A stretch of 64,000 nucleotides of DNA from a virus. The stretch spans positions 38,657-102,656 of IMG/VR virus record IMGVR_UViG_3300042863_003045; one strand, 5' to 3'. Positions 8,489 to 18,510 of the stretch are shown piece by piece. The number at the start of each line of letters is the position of its first letter. Position 1 is the first letter of the stretch. A program made the position numbers and the translations under genes. Below the pieces are notes generated by a model. The model had not been told where the DNA came from, made no database searches, and worked only from the letters and a program-made list of their open reading frames with translations.

Positions 8489-11335
8489 TTCGCCATATGT
8501 TATTGTTTGCCAATATACTTCTCCTGTAAAAGAAGACATAGTGTTAGAATTTATAACAAATTGTGTATTTGCTTTAGAATCTACACTCCATGACAAAGCG
8601 TCTTCGCCTGAAATGTTTATTGAATAGCTATTATTTGGATAAGGGCTTGTAAAAATAACAGAAAAAGTTCCACTGGAAAAGGAAGCTCCATTAACTACAC
8701 CTGATTTTATTATATTATTTCTTGTTAATGTTGATCTTTCATGTATCTGTGAGAATGTTCCAAAATTTGTTACATTATCTACAATATAAGGAACATATAC
8801 TGTGACTATGCCTCCATTAACTGTATTTCCACTTAATCCAATTGTCAACATAGATGGTTCCGATAATCTTATTGTACCAACTCTAGAACGGCTTTTAATT
8901 ATTTTAGAAGAATTTATTTCAGTAACATTTGTATAGGGTATTATAACTTCTCTAGAATCTGATAAACCAAATTCAGATAAAGACGGTGTTATTGATATTG
9001 GTGATGTTCCTGAAAGAGATCCACCAGAAGAAGACGATTGCACAGTACTTAATCCAACTGAAATAAAAGATGTCCCAGTTGTTGATATTGCGTTTTCTGT
9101 CATTATAAAAGCATCTTCCACAAATATTACAGATCCACTTGGAAACACAGAAGATCCACCGACACCTGGAGAACTTATAGAACTCACTGAGAAATCATTA
9201 CCTTGCTTCATATATCTTTTTGTATCAACAAAATCATGTCCGAGTGATGTTGAAGTTGTTATAAAATCATCCTCTAATCTATTTAATATCTCTCTTGTAA
9301 CAAGATAATTATTAAAATTATCACTCCATCTAAAACTTAATTTTTGAGGAGGAATTCTACCAGGACCATACTCCAATAACCTTGTCCCATAGGAAACAGA
9401 CCAAGTTCCTGATGTATGTACTCTAAGCGTGTCTGATAAAATGAATTCAAAGTCTCTATTTATCCCACTTACAGATAGATTAGGATCAAGAGTAACAACA
9501 ATATCCCCTGTTGGTGTTGCAAACGAATTGTTGCCAAAAAAATAGACCGTTGATGATGTTTCTCCCGCTATCAAAGTATATGATGTGGTTTGCGCCCAAT
9601 TTCTTCTCAGTGTTGTTTCATTTAACGCTACATTATCCCTATACCTTAATATATTTGTTGAATCATCCCACACAACAACTTTATCAATTGAATTATCATT
9701 TTCTAATATTCCAACTTTTGGCATTCCAGTCATTCCTATACTGAAATAATCATTTCCATAATAATCCGAAACATTAAATAATGTATTTGATGGTGTCTTA
9801 CCAATTGATACTGATGGAAATCTAAATCCACCATCTATATCACCATTTACATAAAGAACACGCCCCTCATCATTTCTTAGATCCATTAAAGTATGTGTAT
9901 CCGAAATTCCACTATCAATAACAAATCTTGCCCAATTAGGATCACCTAATGACAAATCTTGCTCTGATTCAATTCCATCAATCAATATACCAGATCCATT
10001 TATATGTAATTTCTTCAAAGGATCCGCAACCGATATGCCTAAATATCTGTCAAAAGTAGTAGATGATGTAGATGAAGGATAAGAACTTGATGTAGAATAA
10101 ACTAAATCATCTGATTCAGTTACAACTCTCGCAGTAGCACCAAGAATCGGAATATACTTTAACTCACTCTCAAAAAGAATTCTACCTTCTTTACCATACT
10201 TTATCTCAGATATATCTATTTTTGTATTATCATCTGCAACTGTCAATAAATCATATATCTCAATATTGCCAACATTATTTATTGTTGAACCAGACGCAGC
10301 AATCAAAGCACCATTCGTTACAACAACTTTACCAGCAGTTCCAATATCCAAAGTTCCACGAACCTCTAAATCACCATATATGTAATATAACTCATTATCC
10401 GGCACAGTAATTGTTTCAACTGACTCAATTATGTATTTTGGTCTTCCCTCAGGTAAAGTAGGGAAAACACTATTTATCTCTATTTCAGTTCCAGGACCAT
10501 ATGAAAAAGATATTCCAGTTCCAGCAATCAAATTTGCTGATATAATTCTTTCTCCTAAACCACCAGTTGATATTGTTATTCCAGTTGCTCCAATTATCTC
10601 TGTTAATAATTCAATCTGTTGCAAAGTTCCAAAACTGAAAGTAGCAACCGAACCAGATCCTGTTAATTGACCATTCAAAATAGTTATATTTCCCCAAGAA
10701 TCAATTCCACCATCAACATTAAGATCACCATAGATAAGATACTGAGAACCAGTACTTACACTTAGAGTAAGTCCTAAAGGCACATCATATCTAAGAGTCC
10801 AAGGCTCTTTTACAAACTCATATTTCGTCCATACTCCTTGTATAAATGAAAATATAGCATCAGTATCATCATCAACTCTTATCGTAGTACCTTCAGTTGG
10901 TATAGTTGGGTTCCAGTTTGAACCATCCCACTCAACAATATAATCATCAAGACCCGACCAAAGACCTGATCCAGAACTAACTAAGTATCTATCACCAATA
11001 GTAGGCGATCCTGGAGGTGTTCCACTTATAGATATAACCGAATCTAACCATTCAGTAGTTGTTGGGACACCAGATATATTTATAATATCCCAGTTTAAGT
11101 TATCCGAAATATCAGGTGAACTTATTTGTTTTAATTGATAAAAATCATCATCATTTATAATATAAACCAACATTCCGAATTGTCTTCTATCAGTTGTTAT
11201 AAGATCTCTATCAGATAGAGTTTGCACTGAATGCAATCCACCTAAGATCTCATTGGATAAAGCAGTCGCAATTGTCATGCCAGGCGAAAGTGGCCTTATA
11301 GGTGATGAAATTAATGTTCCTTGATTTAATGGCAT
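8483..11335 (-). CDS. Virion structural/tail-fibre-like protein with DUF2793-like segment
   Basis: PPGSPTIGDRYLV...W...YIVEWDGSNW...PTEG; Ser/Thr/Gly beta-rich composition. Confidence 0.65.
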   Translation of the reverse strand: MPLNQGTLISSPIRPLSPGMTIATALSNEILGGLHSVQTLSDRDLITTDRRQFGMLVYIINDDDFYQLKQISSPDISDNLNWDIINISGVPTTTEWLDSVISISGTPPGSPTIGDRYLVSSGSGLWSGLDDYIVEWDGSNWNPTIPTEGTTIRVDDDTDAIFSFIQGVWTKYEFVKEPWTLRYDVPLGLTLSVSTGSQYLIYGDLNVDGGIDSWGNITILNGQLTGSGSVATFSFGTLQQIELLTEIIGATGITISTGGLGERIISANLIAGTGISFSYGPGTEIEINSVFPTLPEGRPKYIIESVETITVPDNELYYIYGDLEVRGTLDIGTAGKVVVTNGALIAASGSTINNVGNIEIYDLLTVADDNTKIDISEIKYGKEGRILFESELKYIPILGATARVVTESDDLVYSTSSSYPSSTSSTTFDRYLGISVADPLKKLHINGSGILIDGIESEQDLSLGDPNWARFVIDSGISDTHTLMDLRNDEGRVLYVNGDIDGGFRFPSVSIGKTPSNTLFNVSDYYGNDYFSIGMTGMPKVGILENDNSIDKVVVWDDSTNILRYRDNVALNETTLRRNWAQTTSYTLIAGETSSTVYFFGNNSFATPTGDIVVTLDPNLSVSGINRDFEFILSDTLRVHTSGTWSVSYGTRLLEYGPGRIPPQKLSFRWSDNFNNYLVTREILNRLEDDFITTSTSLGHDFVDTKRYMKQGNDFSVSSISSPGVGGSSVFPSGSVIFVEDAFIMTENAISTTGTSFISVGLSTVQSSSSGGSLSGTSPISITPSLSEFGLSDSREVIIPYTNVTEINSSKIIKSRSRVGTIRLSEPSMLTIGLSGNTVNGGIVTVYVPYIVDNVTNFGTFSQIHERSTLTRNNIIKSGVVNGASFSSGTFSVIFTSPYPNNSYSINISGEDALSWSVDSKANTQFVINSNTMSSFTGEVYWQTITYGEL

Positions 11336-11397
11336 AATTTTAAATTAATTTTCTTATATATTAAATTTTTATATTCTTTAAATTATCATAAATTAAC

Positions 11398-12999
11398 TCA
11401 GATATTTATAAATGATTTCAAATTATTCCAAAGCAATTCCCAAATAATATTATCTTGATCATATTTAATTCTAATTAGATTAATAAAATTTTCCTCACAA
11501 TAATTATTTTTTATTTCATCATTTATTTTATATTTTTCAAAAGCTTCAACTCCACCAAAAAAAGAAATTGGTTGAAAGTGTTGAATACCATCAAATTCTA
11601 TACAGGTTCGTAAACTTTCGATATAAAAATCGAACTTAAGGTAAGATTTATTACGACATTCTGGAAAAATATGCTCTCTTATATAAGAGATTTTATATTT
11701 TTCAAGAAATTTACTTATTTCTCTCTCACCCTTCGAATCACTACACATTCTACAACCACTTCCGCTTAGATGTGATCCCGGCAATTGATGAAAGTGTCCG
11801 TGTAGTGGACACTTTATAGTTATTTTTGCCAAACTATTCACATAAAATGATTTTTCATAATTATATTTATTATTATGTATTTTATTTGATTGTTCAATAA
11901 ATTCTTCTAAAGTTAGTGAATTTCTTAACTCAGGTGCATATATCAAATGGTTATGTGGTAATTGCTCATATATTTTATTATTGTAAATGATTTTAATAGG
12001 AAATTTGCATGAAATAAAATTGGATAATGAATAATCATATTTATCTCCCCATTTTCTTTTCGATTTAATTAAGAAAATTTCTTGATTTAAGAAACCTTCT
12101 ACTGGATATTTTAAATGTGATTTTGGTAATTGTTCATAGACTATACCATCATGAAGTATTTTCACTTTAGTTTTTGAATTTTTGTATTCAGTTAAAGAAT
12201 AATCATATTTATCTCCCCATTTTAATTTTGCATCCATTATAAATTCCTCCGTGCTATATTTCGGTATGTATATTCTGTCTCTATATTTATCACCACATTT
12301 TTTACAACCCATTCCTCTTAAATGTGAGTTAGCAACTTGGAGAAATTCACCATGTTCTATACAGATAATAATAACTTTCTCATTAGAATAAGTATAATTT
12401 GTTTTTGAGTAATCATACTTTGAGTTATGAATTTTATTTGACCTTCTAATGAACTCAAGAGTATCTACTTTGTCTTTTTTTCTTTCTGGTGCATATATCA
12501 AGTGATTCGATGGAGTTTGTTCATAAACTATACCATTGAATATAATTTCAACCTTCTCATTACAATTTTTAAATTTAACGAGTGAATAATCATACTTATC
12601 TTTCCATTTATCTTTAGATTTTTTTATAAAATACTCTAAATTCATATTTGATTCAACAGATTGTCCTTGAAGGTGTGATGAAGAAGTTTGTTCAAAAACA
12701 ATATCATCATAAATTATTTTTATTTTTTTATGAGCACCTTCATATTTAACCAATGAGTAATCATATTTATCTCCCCAAATACTATATGCTTCTTTTAAAA
12801 AATTTTCTGTTGTCTTAATGGGAGTGTTTTTCTCAGGACACCTACCCATTAGATGTTTTACCACACGCTGCTTATATAGTATATCATCAAATACAACATC
12901 AATTATATCATTTGATTTTATAATATCATTCAAATTTAAATAAGAGTATTTAAATCCATGCGTATTTCTTGCTTTTTGGAGGAAATCATATTTATTCAT
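11398..12999 (-). CDS. Putative homing endonuclease: KYDYS (DUF723-like) repeats plus C-terminal PD-(D/E)xK domain
   Basis: Repeated WGDKYDYSL; CxxHG/CxxC; FDFY...IEFDGIQHF. Confidence 0.85.
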   Translation of the reverse strand: MNKYDFLQKARNTHGFKYSYLNLNDIIKSNDIIDVVFDDILYKQRVVKHLMGRCPEKNTPIKTTENFLKEAYSIWGDKYDYSLVKYEGAHKKIKIIYDDIVFEQTSSSHLQGQSVESNMNLEYFIKKSKDKWKDKYDYSLVKFKNCNEKVEIIFNGIVYEQTPSNHLIYAPERKKDKVDTLEFIRRSNKIHNSKYDYSKTNYTYSNEKVIIICIEHGEFLQVANSHLRGMGCKKCGDKYRDRIYIPKYSTEEFIMDAKLKWGDKYDYSLTEYKNSKTKVKILHDGIVYEQLPKSHLKYPVEGFLNQEIFLIKSKRKWGDKYDYSLSNFISCKFPIKIIYNNKIYEQLPHNHLIYAPELRNSLTLEEFIEQSNKIHNNKYNYEKSFYVNSLAKITIKCPLHGHFHQLPGSHLSGSGCRMCSDSKGEREISKFLEKYKISYIREHIFPECRNKSYLKFDFYIESLRTCIEFDGIQHFQPISFFGGVEAFEKYKINDEIKNNYCEENFINLIRIKYDQDNIIWELLWNNLKSFINI

Positions 13000-13124
13000 T
13001 AATTATATATAAAATTATTTCTTCCCCCCTTTGATTCTTTATTGTAAAAAAATATTTCATAATCACATAAAAAATCAAAAGGGGGAAATATTTATTAATA
13101 TATACTTAAAAAATAATAAATAAA

Positions 13125-14351
13125 ATGGCTAAAACACAAACAAAAGAAGTAAAAAGGTTTGAATTCTCAAAAGTTGGATCGATTTTGGATAACATCTCTA
13201 AGTCAATTCCAATTCAAATTGAAAAAGAAATAAAAGAGAAAAAGTTTATATCAACAGGCGTCTACATAGTAGATGCTGCAATGTCTGGTAGATTATTAAA
13301 TGGTGGTGTTGCAACTAACCGTATTAGTGTTTTTGCAGGAGAAAGTGGCTCAGGAAAATCATTTTTAGCATACTCTGTGGCTAAAAATGCTCAGAAATCT
13401 GGATACTCAATAATTTATATTGATACAGAACAAGCTGTCGATCTAGAAGATTTGCCAAAATTCGGAGTAAGTAACGACTTAGATAAATTTAGATTGGTTA
13501 GATCAAATAAAGTTGAAGATATTAATATAACATTAACTCAATTAGTAGATGAATTAAAAGAACAAAAATTAGCAGGATATGAATTGCCTAAATTAATGAT
13601 TGTACTTGACTCATTAGGACAAATGGCTTCTAATAAAGAAAAAGCTGACTTATTAAAAGGTGAAATTAAACAAGATATGACCAAAGCAAAAGCAATTGGT
13701 TCTATGTTTCGATCTATTAATAATGATCTTGGATACTTAGATATACCTATGATTGTGTGTAACCATACATACTTGACGATGGATCTTTTCCCACAAGCAG
13801 TCATGAAAGGAGGTTTATCACTTTTATATTCAGCTTCAGTTATTGGATTTATGACCAAATCAAAATTGAAAACTGGTGAAGAAGATGATATGGATTTAGG
13901 ACAATCAGGTATTACTGTTTTATTTAAAACACAAAAAAATCGTTTAGCAAAACCTAAAAAAATAAGATTTGATATATCTTTTGCAACTGGCATGAATTCC
14001 TTTACTGGATTAGATGCCTTCTGTCGTCCGGAATATTATGATAAAATAGGAATTGCAAAGGGTAAAGAAGAAGTAGATAAATCAACTGGTGAGATAACTT
14101 TTAAACCAGGAGGAAACCGTTGGTTTGTATCACATTTGGGAAAATCAGTAACGACTAAACAATTATTTACGCAAGAAGTATTTACATCAGAAGTTTTAAA
14201 AAAAATGGAACCAATAGTAAATGATTATTTCAGATTCAAATCGATTGAAGAAGTTGAAGAAGTTGAGAAAAATTTCAATTCAATTATTGAAGATGATGAA
14301 ACAACTGATTATGATGGTGATTCATTTGACGCAGAAGATTTATTTGAATAA
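13125..14351 (+). CDS. uvsX: UvsX/RecA-family recombinase
   Basis: GESGSGKS Walker A, YIDTE, IVLDSLG, NHTY, GG-x-LLYSAS. Confidence 0.95.
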   Translation: MAKTQTKEVKRFEFSKVGSILDNISKSIPIQIEKEIKEKKFISTGVYIVDAAMSGRLLNGGVATNRISVFAGESGSGKSFLAYSVAKNAQKSGYSIIYIDTEQAVDLEDLPKFGVSNDLDKFRLVRSNKVEDINITLTQLVDELKEQKLAGYELPKLMIVLDSLGQMASNKEKADLLKGEIKQDMTKAKAIGSMFRSINNDLGYLDIPMIVCNHTYLTMDLFPQAVMKGGLSLLYSASVIGFMTKSKLKTGEEDDMDLGQSGITVLFKTQKNRLAKPKKIRFDISFATGMNSFTGLDAFCRPEYYDKIGIAKGKEEVDKSTGEITFKPGGNRWFVSHLGKSVTTKQLFTQEVFTSEVLKKMEPIVNDYFRFKSIEEVEEVEKNFNSIIEDDETTDYDGDSFDAEDLFE

Positions 14352-14353
14352 TT

Positions 14354-14551
14354 ATGAAACAGATTATCTTCAATATTTTAAGTCAGAAAGACCTTTTAAA
14401 TAAAGGTTATGATATAGAAGAGCTTTATAAGGCAGGTATAGATAATATTATTTTAAGTATAGAATACTATCATGATAAGCCCTATACCTGTCAATCTGTT
14501 CTACAAGAATTATTTCAAAGGGGGGTTTTAAAGAAACTAAAAGAAATTTGA
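14354..14551 (+). CDS. Hypothetical protein
   Basis: ORF directly after uvsX. Confidence 0.6.
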   Translation: MKQIIFNILSQKDLLNKGYDIEELYKAGIDNIILSIEYYHDKPYTCQSVLQELFQRGVLKKLKEI

Positions 14552-14821
14552 TTATCTATATTTTATAACTCCTCCTATATTATTGGTACTTAATTTCATA
14601 TGTTTTGGATAACCGGTTGTTTTCAATTGATATCCTGTTATCTGATCTGGGAATTTAGTAAAGTATTTCACTAAGTCAGATTTTATTTCATCAATAGAAT
14701 CATAGTCTTCTTCTTCAATATTCATAATTTGAATCAATTGTCTGATATTATTTTCAACATATGATTCTGCTGTTAACTTATGTTTTAAATTAAATTCTGA
14801 AAATCCTTTTAAATTATCCAT
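14552..14821 (-). CDS. Hypothetical protein with shared N-terminal peptide
   Basis: MDNLKGFSEF; late motif upstream on the minus strand. Confidence 0.7.
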   Translation of the reverse strand: MDNLKGFSEFNLKHKLTAESYVENNIRQLIQIMNIEEEDYDSIDEIKSDLVKYFTKFPDQITGYQLKTTGYPKHMKLSTNNIGGVIKYR

Positions 14822-14851
14822 TTTGAGAATTATATATTAAAATACTTTTCA

Positions 14852-14859
14852 TATATTTG
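14852..14859 (+). promoter_or_regulatory. Bacteroidota-type -7 promoter element TAnnTTTG (representative copy)
   Basis: Intergenic copies at 21897, 25808, 25872, 40877, 43478, 57296, 61699. Confidence 0.75.
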
Positions 14860-14863
14860 TGAT

Positions 14864-15460
14864 ATGAGAATAGAAACACAAAACATATTTTTCATTTCAG
14901 ATCTGCACATAGGCCATTCCAATGTAATAAAATTTGACGAAAAAGATCACCTAAGTTGAATACAATATCATCCTCACCAACAACAGAGTTCCACCTCTCA
15001 ATTAATTCAGAGTGCATCTCATTAACGTCTTTGAATGGATTTAAAAACTGCAAAATGGTTTGTCAGTCAGTTGAATGGCAAAATATACCATATCATGGGG
15101 AACCATGATAAAATGAGAGATATGGTTGAACTTGGAAGATTTGAAAAGATTTTTGGAGATTCAACTGGACTTGGTGGAGCTACAATACAAGTTCAAGATT
15201 CTGATTCAAACAGAGGTTATCAAGATATTGTAATGTGTCATTATCCTATTCTTTCTTGGAACAAATCACATCACTCTTCCTGGCATCTTCATGGACACAC
15301 CCATCATTCTCTGAGTAAGAATCCTGATATGAAATGGTTCTATGAGAGGAAAGTTCTTGATATGGGTTGTAACGGTTGGGATTATACACCAGTATCTTAT
15401 CTTCAAGTAAAAGAGATAATGAAGGAGAGAGAAATTAAATCAGTAGATCATCATTCATGA
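14864..15460 (+). pseudogene. Calcineurin-like metallophosphoesterase interrupted by an internal ~100-bp inversion
   Basis: SDLHIGH on + (from 14864), LGDL segment on the - strand (about 14939-15038), GNHD, CHYP and HGHTH on +. Confidence 0.9.
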
Positions 15461-15537
15461 AGTCTTTCAGATCAGGGGAAGATCTCGATCTAATTTTAAT
15501 ATATATATTATATTATATATCATGATGTTACATGTTT

Positions 15538-16254
15538 TTAATAATGCGAAGGGTTAATTCCTATAAATTCACTATCACCTTTAACATCTTCACAAGATAA
15601 AATCCATTTAAGAAAGTTCATAGTTAATGAGATAGTTATTTTATCATCAATATCTGATTCTAATTTATCTTTATCAATAAATTTATTTAATAGAAAATTT
15701 ATATCTAAGTGAGGAATTTCTTCGATTTCTACTTTTTTATTAGATACTTTATTAAAAATATATTCTTTTATATTTTCTCTAATAATTTGTATTTCTACTT
15801 CAGTGAATACAATCACTTCAAAATCATTTTGAATATCTTCGACTTGGAATATATGTTTTTCCGAGTCTATAACATTTATACTACTTAAAGAAACACCAAA
15901 TTCATTTGCTATCATTTTTTCGTGTAATATAGATGATTGTTCTATTCCTTTCCATATACAATCACGAATAGAAATAATTTTAAATTCATCTGATTCAAAG
16001 AATTTAAAATTTTCAAATGTTAAAACACCATCTTTTTCCATTGATTCTCTATCATCGAGAACATCATTTATTACACGATTTATATTTTTAATGTCTGATA
16101 ATCCTTTTCTTTCTAAAAAGTTTTTCAATTTATCACTATTTCTAAGGTATTTACCTAATTTCGAAGGTCTAATCTTATGATTATCAATATAATCATCTAT
16201 AAACTCATTTACGAGTTGATAATACTTATTTGCGTCTTCTGAATTTTTTATCAT
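15538..16254 (-). CDS. Hypothetical protein
   Basis: 238-aa ORF, late motif upstream, internal LTFENFKFFES. Confidence 0.75.
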   Translation of the reverse strand: MIKNSEDANKYYQLVNEFIDDYIDNHKIRPSKLGKYLRNSDKLKNFLERKGLSDIKNINRVINDVLDDRESMEKDGVLTFENFKFFESDEFKIISIRDCIWKGIEQSSILHEKMIANEFGVSLSSINVIDSEKHIFQVEDIQNDFEVIVFTEVEIQIIRENIKEYIFNKVSNKKVEIEEIPHLDINFLLNKFIDKDKLESDIDDKITISLTMNFLKWILSCEDVKGDSEFIGINPSHY

Positions 16255-16363
16255 AATAGTAGTATATATATTAAAAAAAATATATTATTTTTAAAACAAA
16301 CAATAATTTCTTTATATATAGTATTACGGAATATTCCGATAAAAAATCAAAAAAGAAAAAATA

Positions 16364-16534
16364 ATGAAAAACGTTTTCGCATTAATGTTTGTTGTTCTTT
16401 TAGCTTCTTGTGGTGCTATCACAGAACAAGAAGTAGAGGCTGTTGACACAACCGCAGTTGAAGTAGTAGCTGCAGAAGTTGAAGTAGTTGAAGTTGATAC
16501 AACAGTTGTTGATACAACTGTTGTTGCTCAATAA
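16364..16534 (+). CDS. 56-aa lipoprotein (not in ORF track)
   Basis: MKNVFALMFVVLLASC lipobox; acidic V/E/D/T-rich body; own terminator. Confidence 0.8.
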   Translation: MKNVFALMFVVLLASCGAITEQEVEAVDTTAVEVVAAEVEVVEVDTTVVDTTVVAQ

Positions 16535-16553
16535 TCTAAAAAGACATCAAATT

Positions 16554-16583
16554 AAAAAGGCCTCCCAAAGTGGAGGTTTTTTT
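16554..16583 (+). terminator. Intrinsic terminator
   Basis: ggcctcc-caaagt-ggaggtt followed by T-run. Confidence 0.75.
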
Positions 16584-16611
16584 ATGCAAAAAATTTTTTA
16601 ATATATAGATA

Positions 16612-17517
16612 ATGAATATCTATTATGTATATGCTTATTTAGATCCAAGAAATCCAGGAAAGTTCAAATATGAGGACATTGAATTTGATTATGAGCCATT
16701 TTATATAGGAAAAGGAAAAAATTCAAGAATGATAAGACATTTGGATCCTAATAATGAACACAATCAACTAAAGAAAAATAAGATAAAAAAAATAATTGGT
16801 AGTGGATTGATCCCTATAATAATTAAGATAAAAGAAGAAATTTCAAATAGTGATGCCTTAAATTTAGAAATAAAATTAATAAATATAATAGGAAGAAAAA
16901 TAAGAAATAGTGGACCTCTTTTAAATTTTTCAAAAGGAGGAGAAACGTTTCTTGGATATAAACACAAAGAAGATTTTAAAAAAAAGTTAAATAAAAGAGT
17001 TATAAAATACGATTTAGAAGGCAATAAATTAGAAGAATATGAATCTGTAAAAGAAGCTGGTGAAAAAAATAATATCCTACCTCAAACAATAAGCAGTTTT
17101 TGTAGTGGATCAATTAAAATATCTAAAGACAATTTTATTTTTTTATATCATAACGAAAAGTTTGAAAAAAGAGAAAGAAATAAAAAGCAATATGTAGTAG
17201 AACGAATAGATTATAATAATAGTATAGTAGAATATGATTCTCTTACAGATGCTGCAATAAAAAATAATGCAAACCTATCAAAAATAAATAGTGTTTGTAT
17301 GGGGAAAAGATTCCACACATCTGGATATCTATGGAGATATAAATGGCATACAGATAAACTTAAATTCGATGAAATAATAAATAGTAATTTTAAAAAATAT
17401 ATTGATTTAATGGATTCTGAAATAGAATTTGAAGGAAATATGTATAAAAATATACTTCATTTAGTAAAAGAAAAAGGATTGAGAATAAACAATATAATTA
17501 AAATGATAAATAGATAA
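16612..17517 (+). CDS. GIY-YIG-like homing endonuclease with NUMOD1-type repeats
   Basis: YYVYAYLDPR...PFYIGKG; EYESVKEA and EYDSLTDAA...ISSFC/INSVC. Confidence 0.85.
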   Translation: MNIYYVYAYLDPRNPGKFKYEDIEFDYEPFYIGKGKNSRMIRHLDPNNEHNQLKKNKIKKIIGSGLIPIIIKIKEEISNSDALNLEIKLINIIGRKIRNSGPLLNFSKGGETFLGYKHKEDFKKKLNKRVIKYDLEGNKLEEYESVKEAGEKNNILPQTISSFCSGSIKISKDNFIFLYHNEKFEKRERNKKQYVVERIDYNNSIVEYDSLTDAAIKNNANLSKINSVCMGKRFHTSGYLWRYKWHTDKLKFDEIINSNFKKYIDLMDSEIEFEGNMYKNILHLVKEKGLRINNIIKMINR

Positions 17518-18422
17518 TGAATTTCACACAGACAAAAACATTCTATAATAATAAACCAATAGAATATATCATAAAAGAAACTTATAATGACCTTAAAGAG
17601 GATAGAGAATTTATTCCACGATTTTCTTTAAAGAAATTTAAAGGATTTGAGAAAATTCCTGTAAATGAGCCAATTAAGTACGATGAAAAACTTATAATTA
17701 AAGCAATTGAATATGGCCTTGTTTTCCTTATTAACTATAAAGGAGAAAAAGATAAAAATTTTGCTGGACATGAAAGGGTTATCTATCCGATGGTAATTGG
17801 ACGTTCCTCAAAAGGAAAAACGCTTATAAGGGGATGGCACCTAAACGGTTGGTCTGTATCAAACAGAAGGCATATTAATAAGATATGGAGACTTTTCAGA
17901 GCTGATAGAATATTATCTATGACTTTTACTGGTTCTTTTTATAGGTTGCCTCCTGCTGGTTATAATATGAATGATAAGGGAATGAGAGGTGGTATAATAG
18001 CTAAAGCAGATTTTAATCAAATAAGAAGGAATCAACAGAAATTAGTTCAGCAGAATGCGATTCAGAATAGAGATGAAGTATCACTTGGAACAGAAGAAAG
18101 GAAATTCGCTACTGTTAGAATAAAAGCAACTGATACTAAACTTGATCTATTGAAAGCAGTTGAGAATCCTTATATAAACAATTTGAAAGATTCAGAAAGT
18201 CTAAGGATATCATTTTTAAAGAGTATTTATGGAAATCAGTATATTGCTATACTTGGTGCGCTTGGAGAGCCTGGCAACACCGTAAAAGTACTTACTGATA
18301 AGGGAAATAATATTGGTGTTTTTAAAGTACTTGACTCAACAACTGGTAAAGTATTGAAAAGTATAAAAAATGTAAAGGGCAATAGCATCTATGATCTTTA
18401 TATTTTTGATAAAAAAATTTAA
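17517..18422 (+). CDS. WYL-like domain protein
   Basis: INYKG...ERVIYP...LIRGW...WRLFRADRILSM. Confidence 0.65.
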   Translation: MNFTQTKTFYNNKPIEYIIKETYNDLKEDREFIPRFSLKKFKGFEKIPVNEPIKYDEKLIIKAIEYGLVFLINYKGEKDKNFAGHERVIYPMVIGRSSKGKTLIRGWHLNGWSVSNRRHINKIWRLFRADRILSMTFTGSFYRLPPAGYNMNDKGMRGGIIAKADFNQIRRNQQKLVQQNAIQNRDEVSLGTEERKFATVRIKATDTKLDLLKAVENPYINNLKDSESLRISFLKSIYGNQYIAILGALGEPGNTVKVLTDKGNNIGVFKVLDSTTGKVLKSIKNVKGNSIYDLYIFDKKI

Positions 18423-18506
18423 ATGGTGAGGATACTAAAGTTTAATCAAATTAATGAATCAAATGAAATAAATATATGGAAATATAGATTTTATTTTAAT
18501 ATATAA
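18423..18506 (+). CDS. 27-aa ORF consisting mostly of the shared N-terminal peptide (possible remnant)
   Basis: MVRILKFNQINESNEINIWKYRFYFNI*. Confidence 0.35.
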   Translation: MVRILKFNQINESNEINIWKYRFYFNI

Positions 18507-18510
18507 TACT

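Noticed and set aside
13125-14351. Intein or intron in uvsX, portal, capsid or clamp loader
   Set aside because: Sizes and motif spacing look normal; no C/S...HN splice motifs seen
4848-14403. Antisense or alternate-frame ORFs inside large genes (4848, 6423, 6909, 9511, 10222, 10431, 13538, 14221 and similar elsewhere)
   Set aside because: Overlap well-supported genes and show no motifs or promoters
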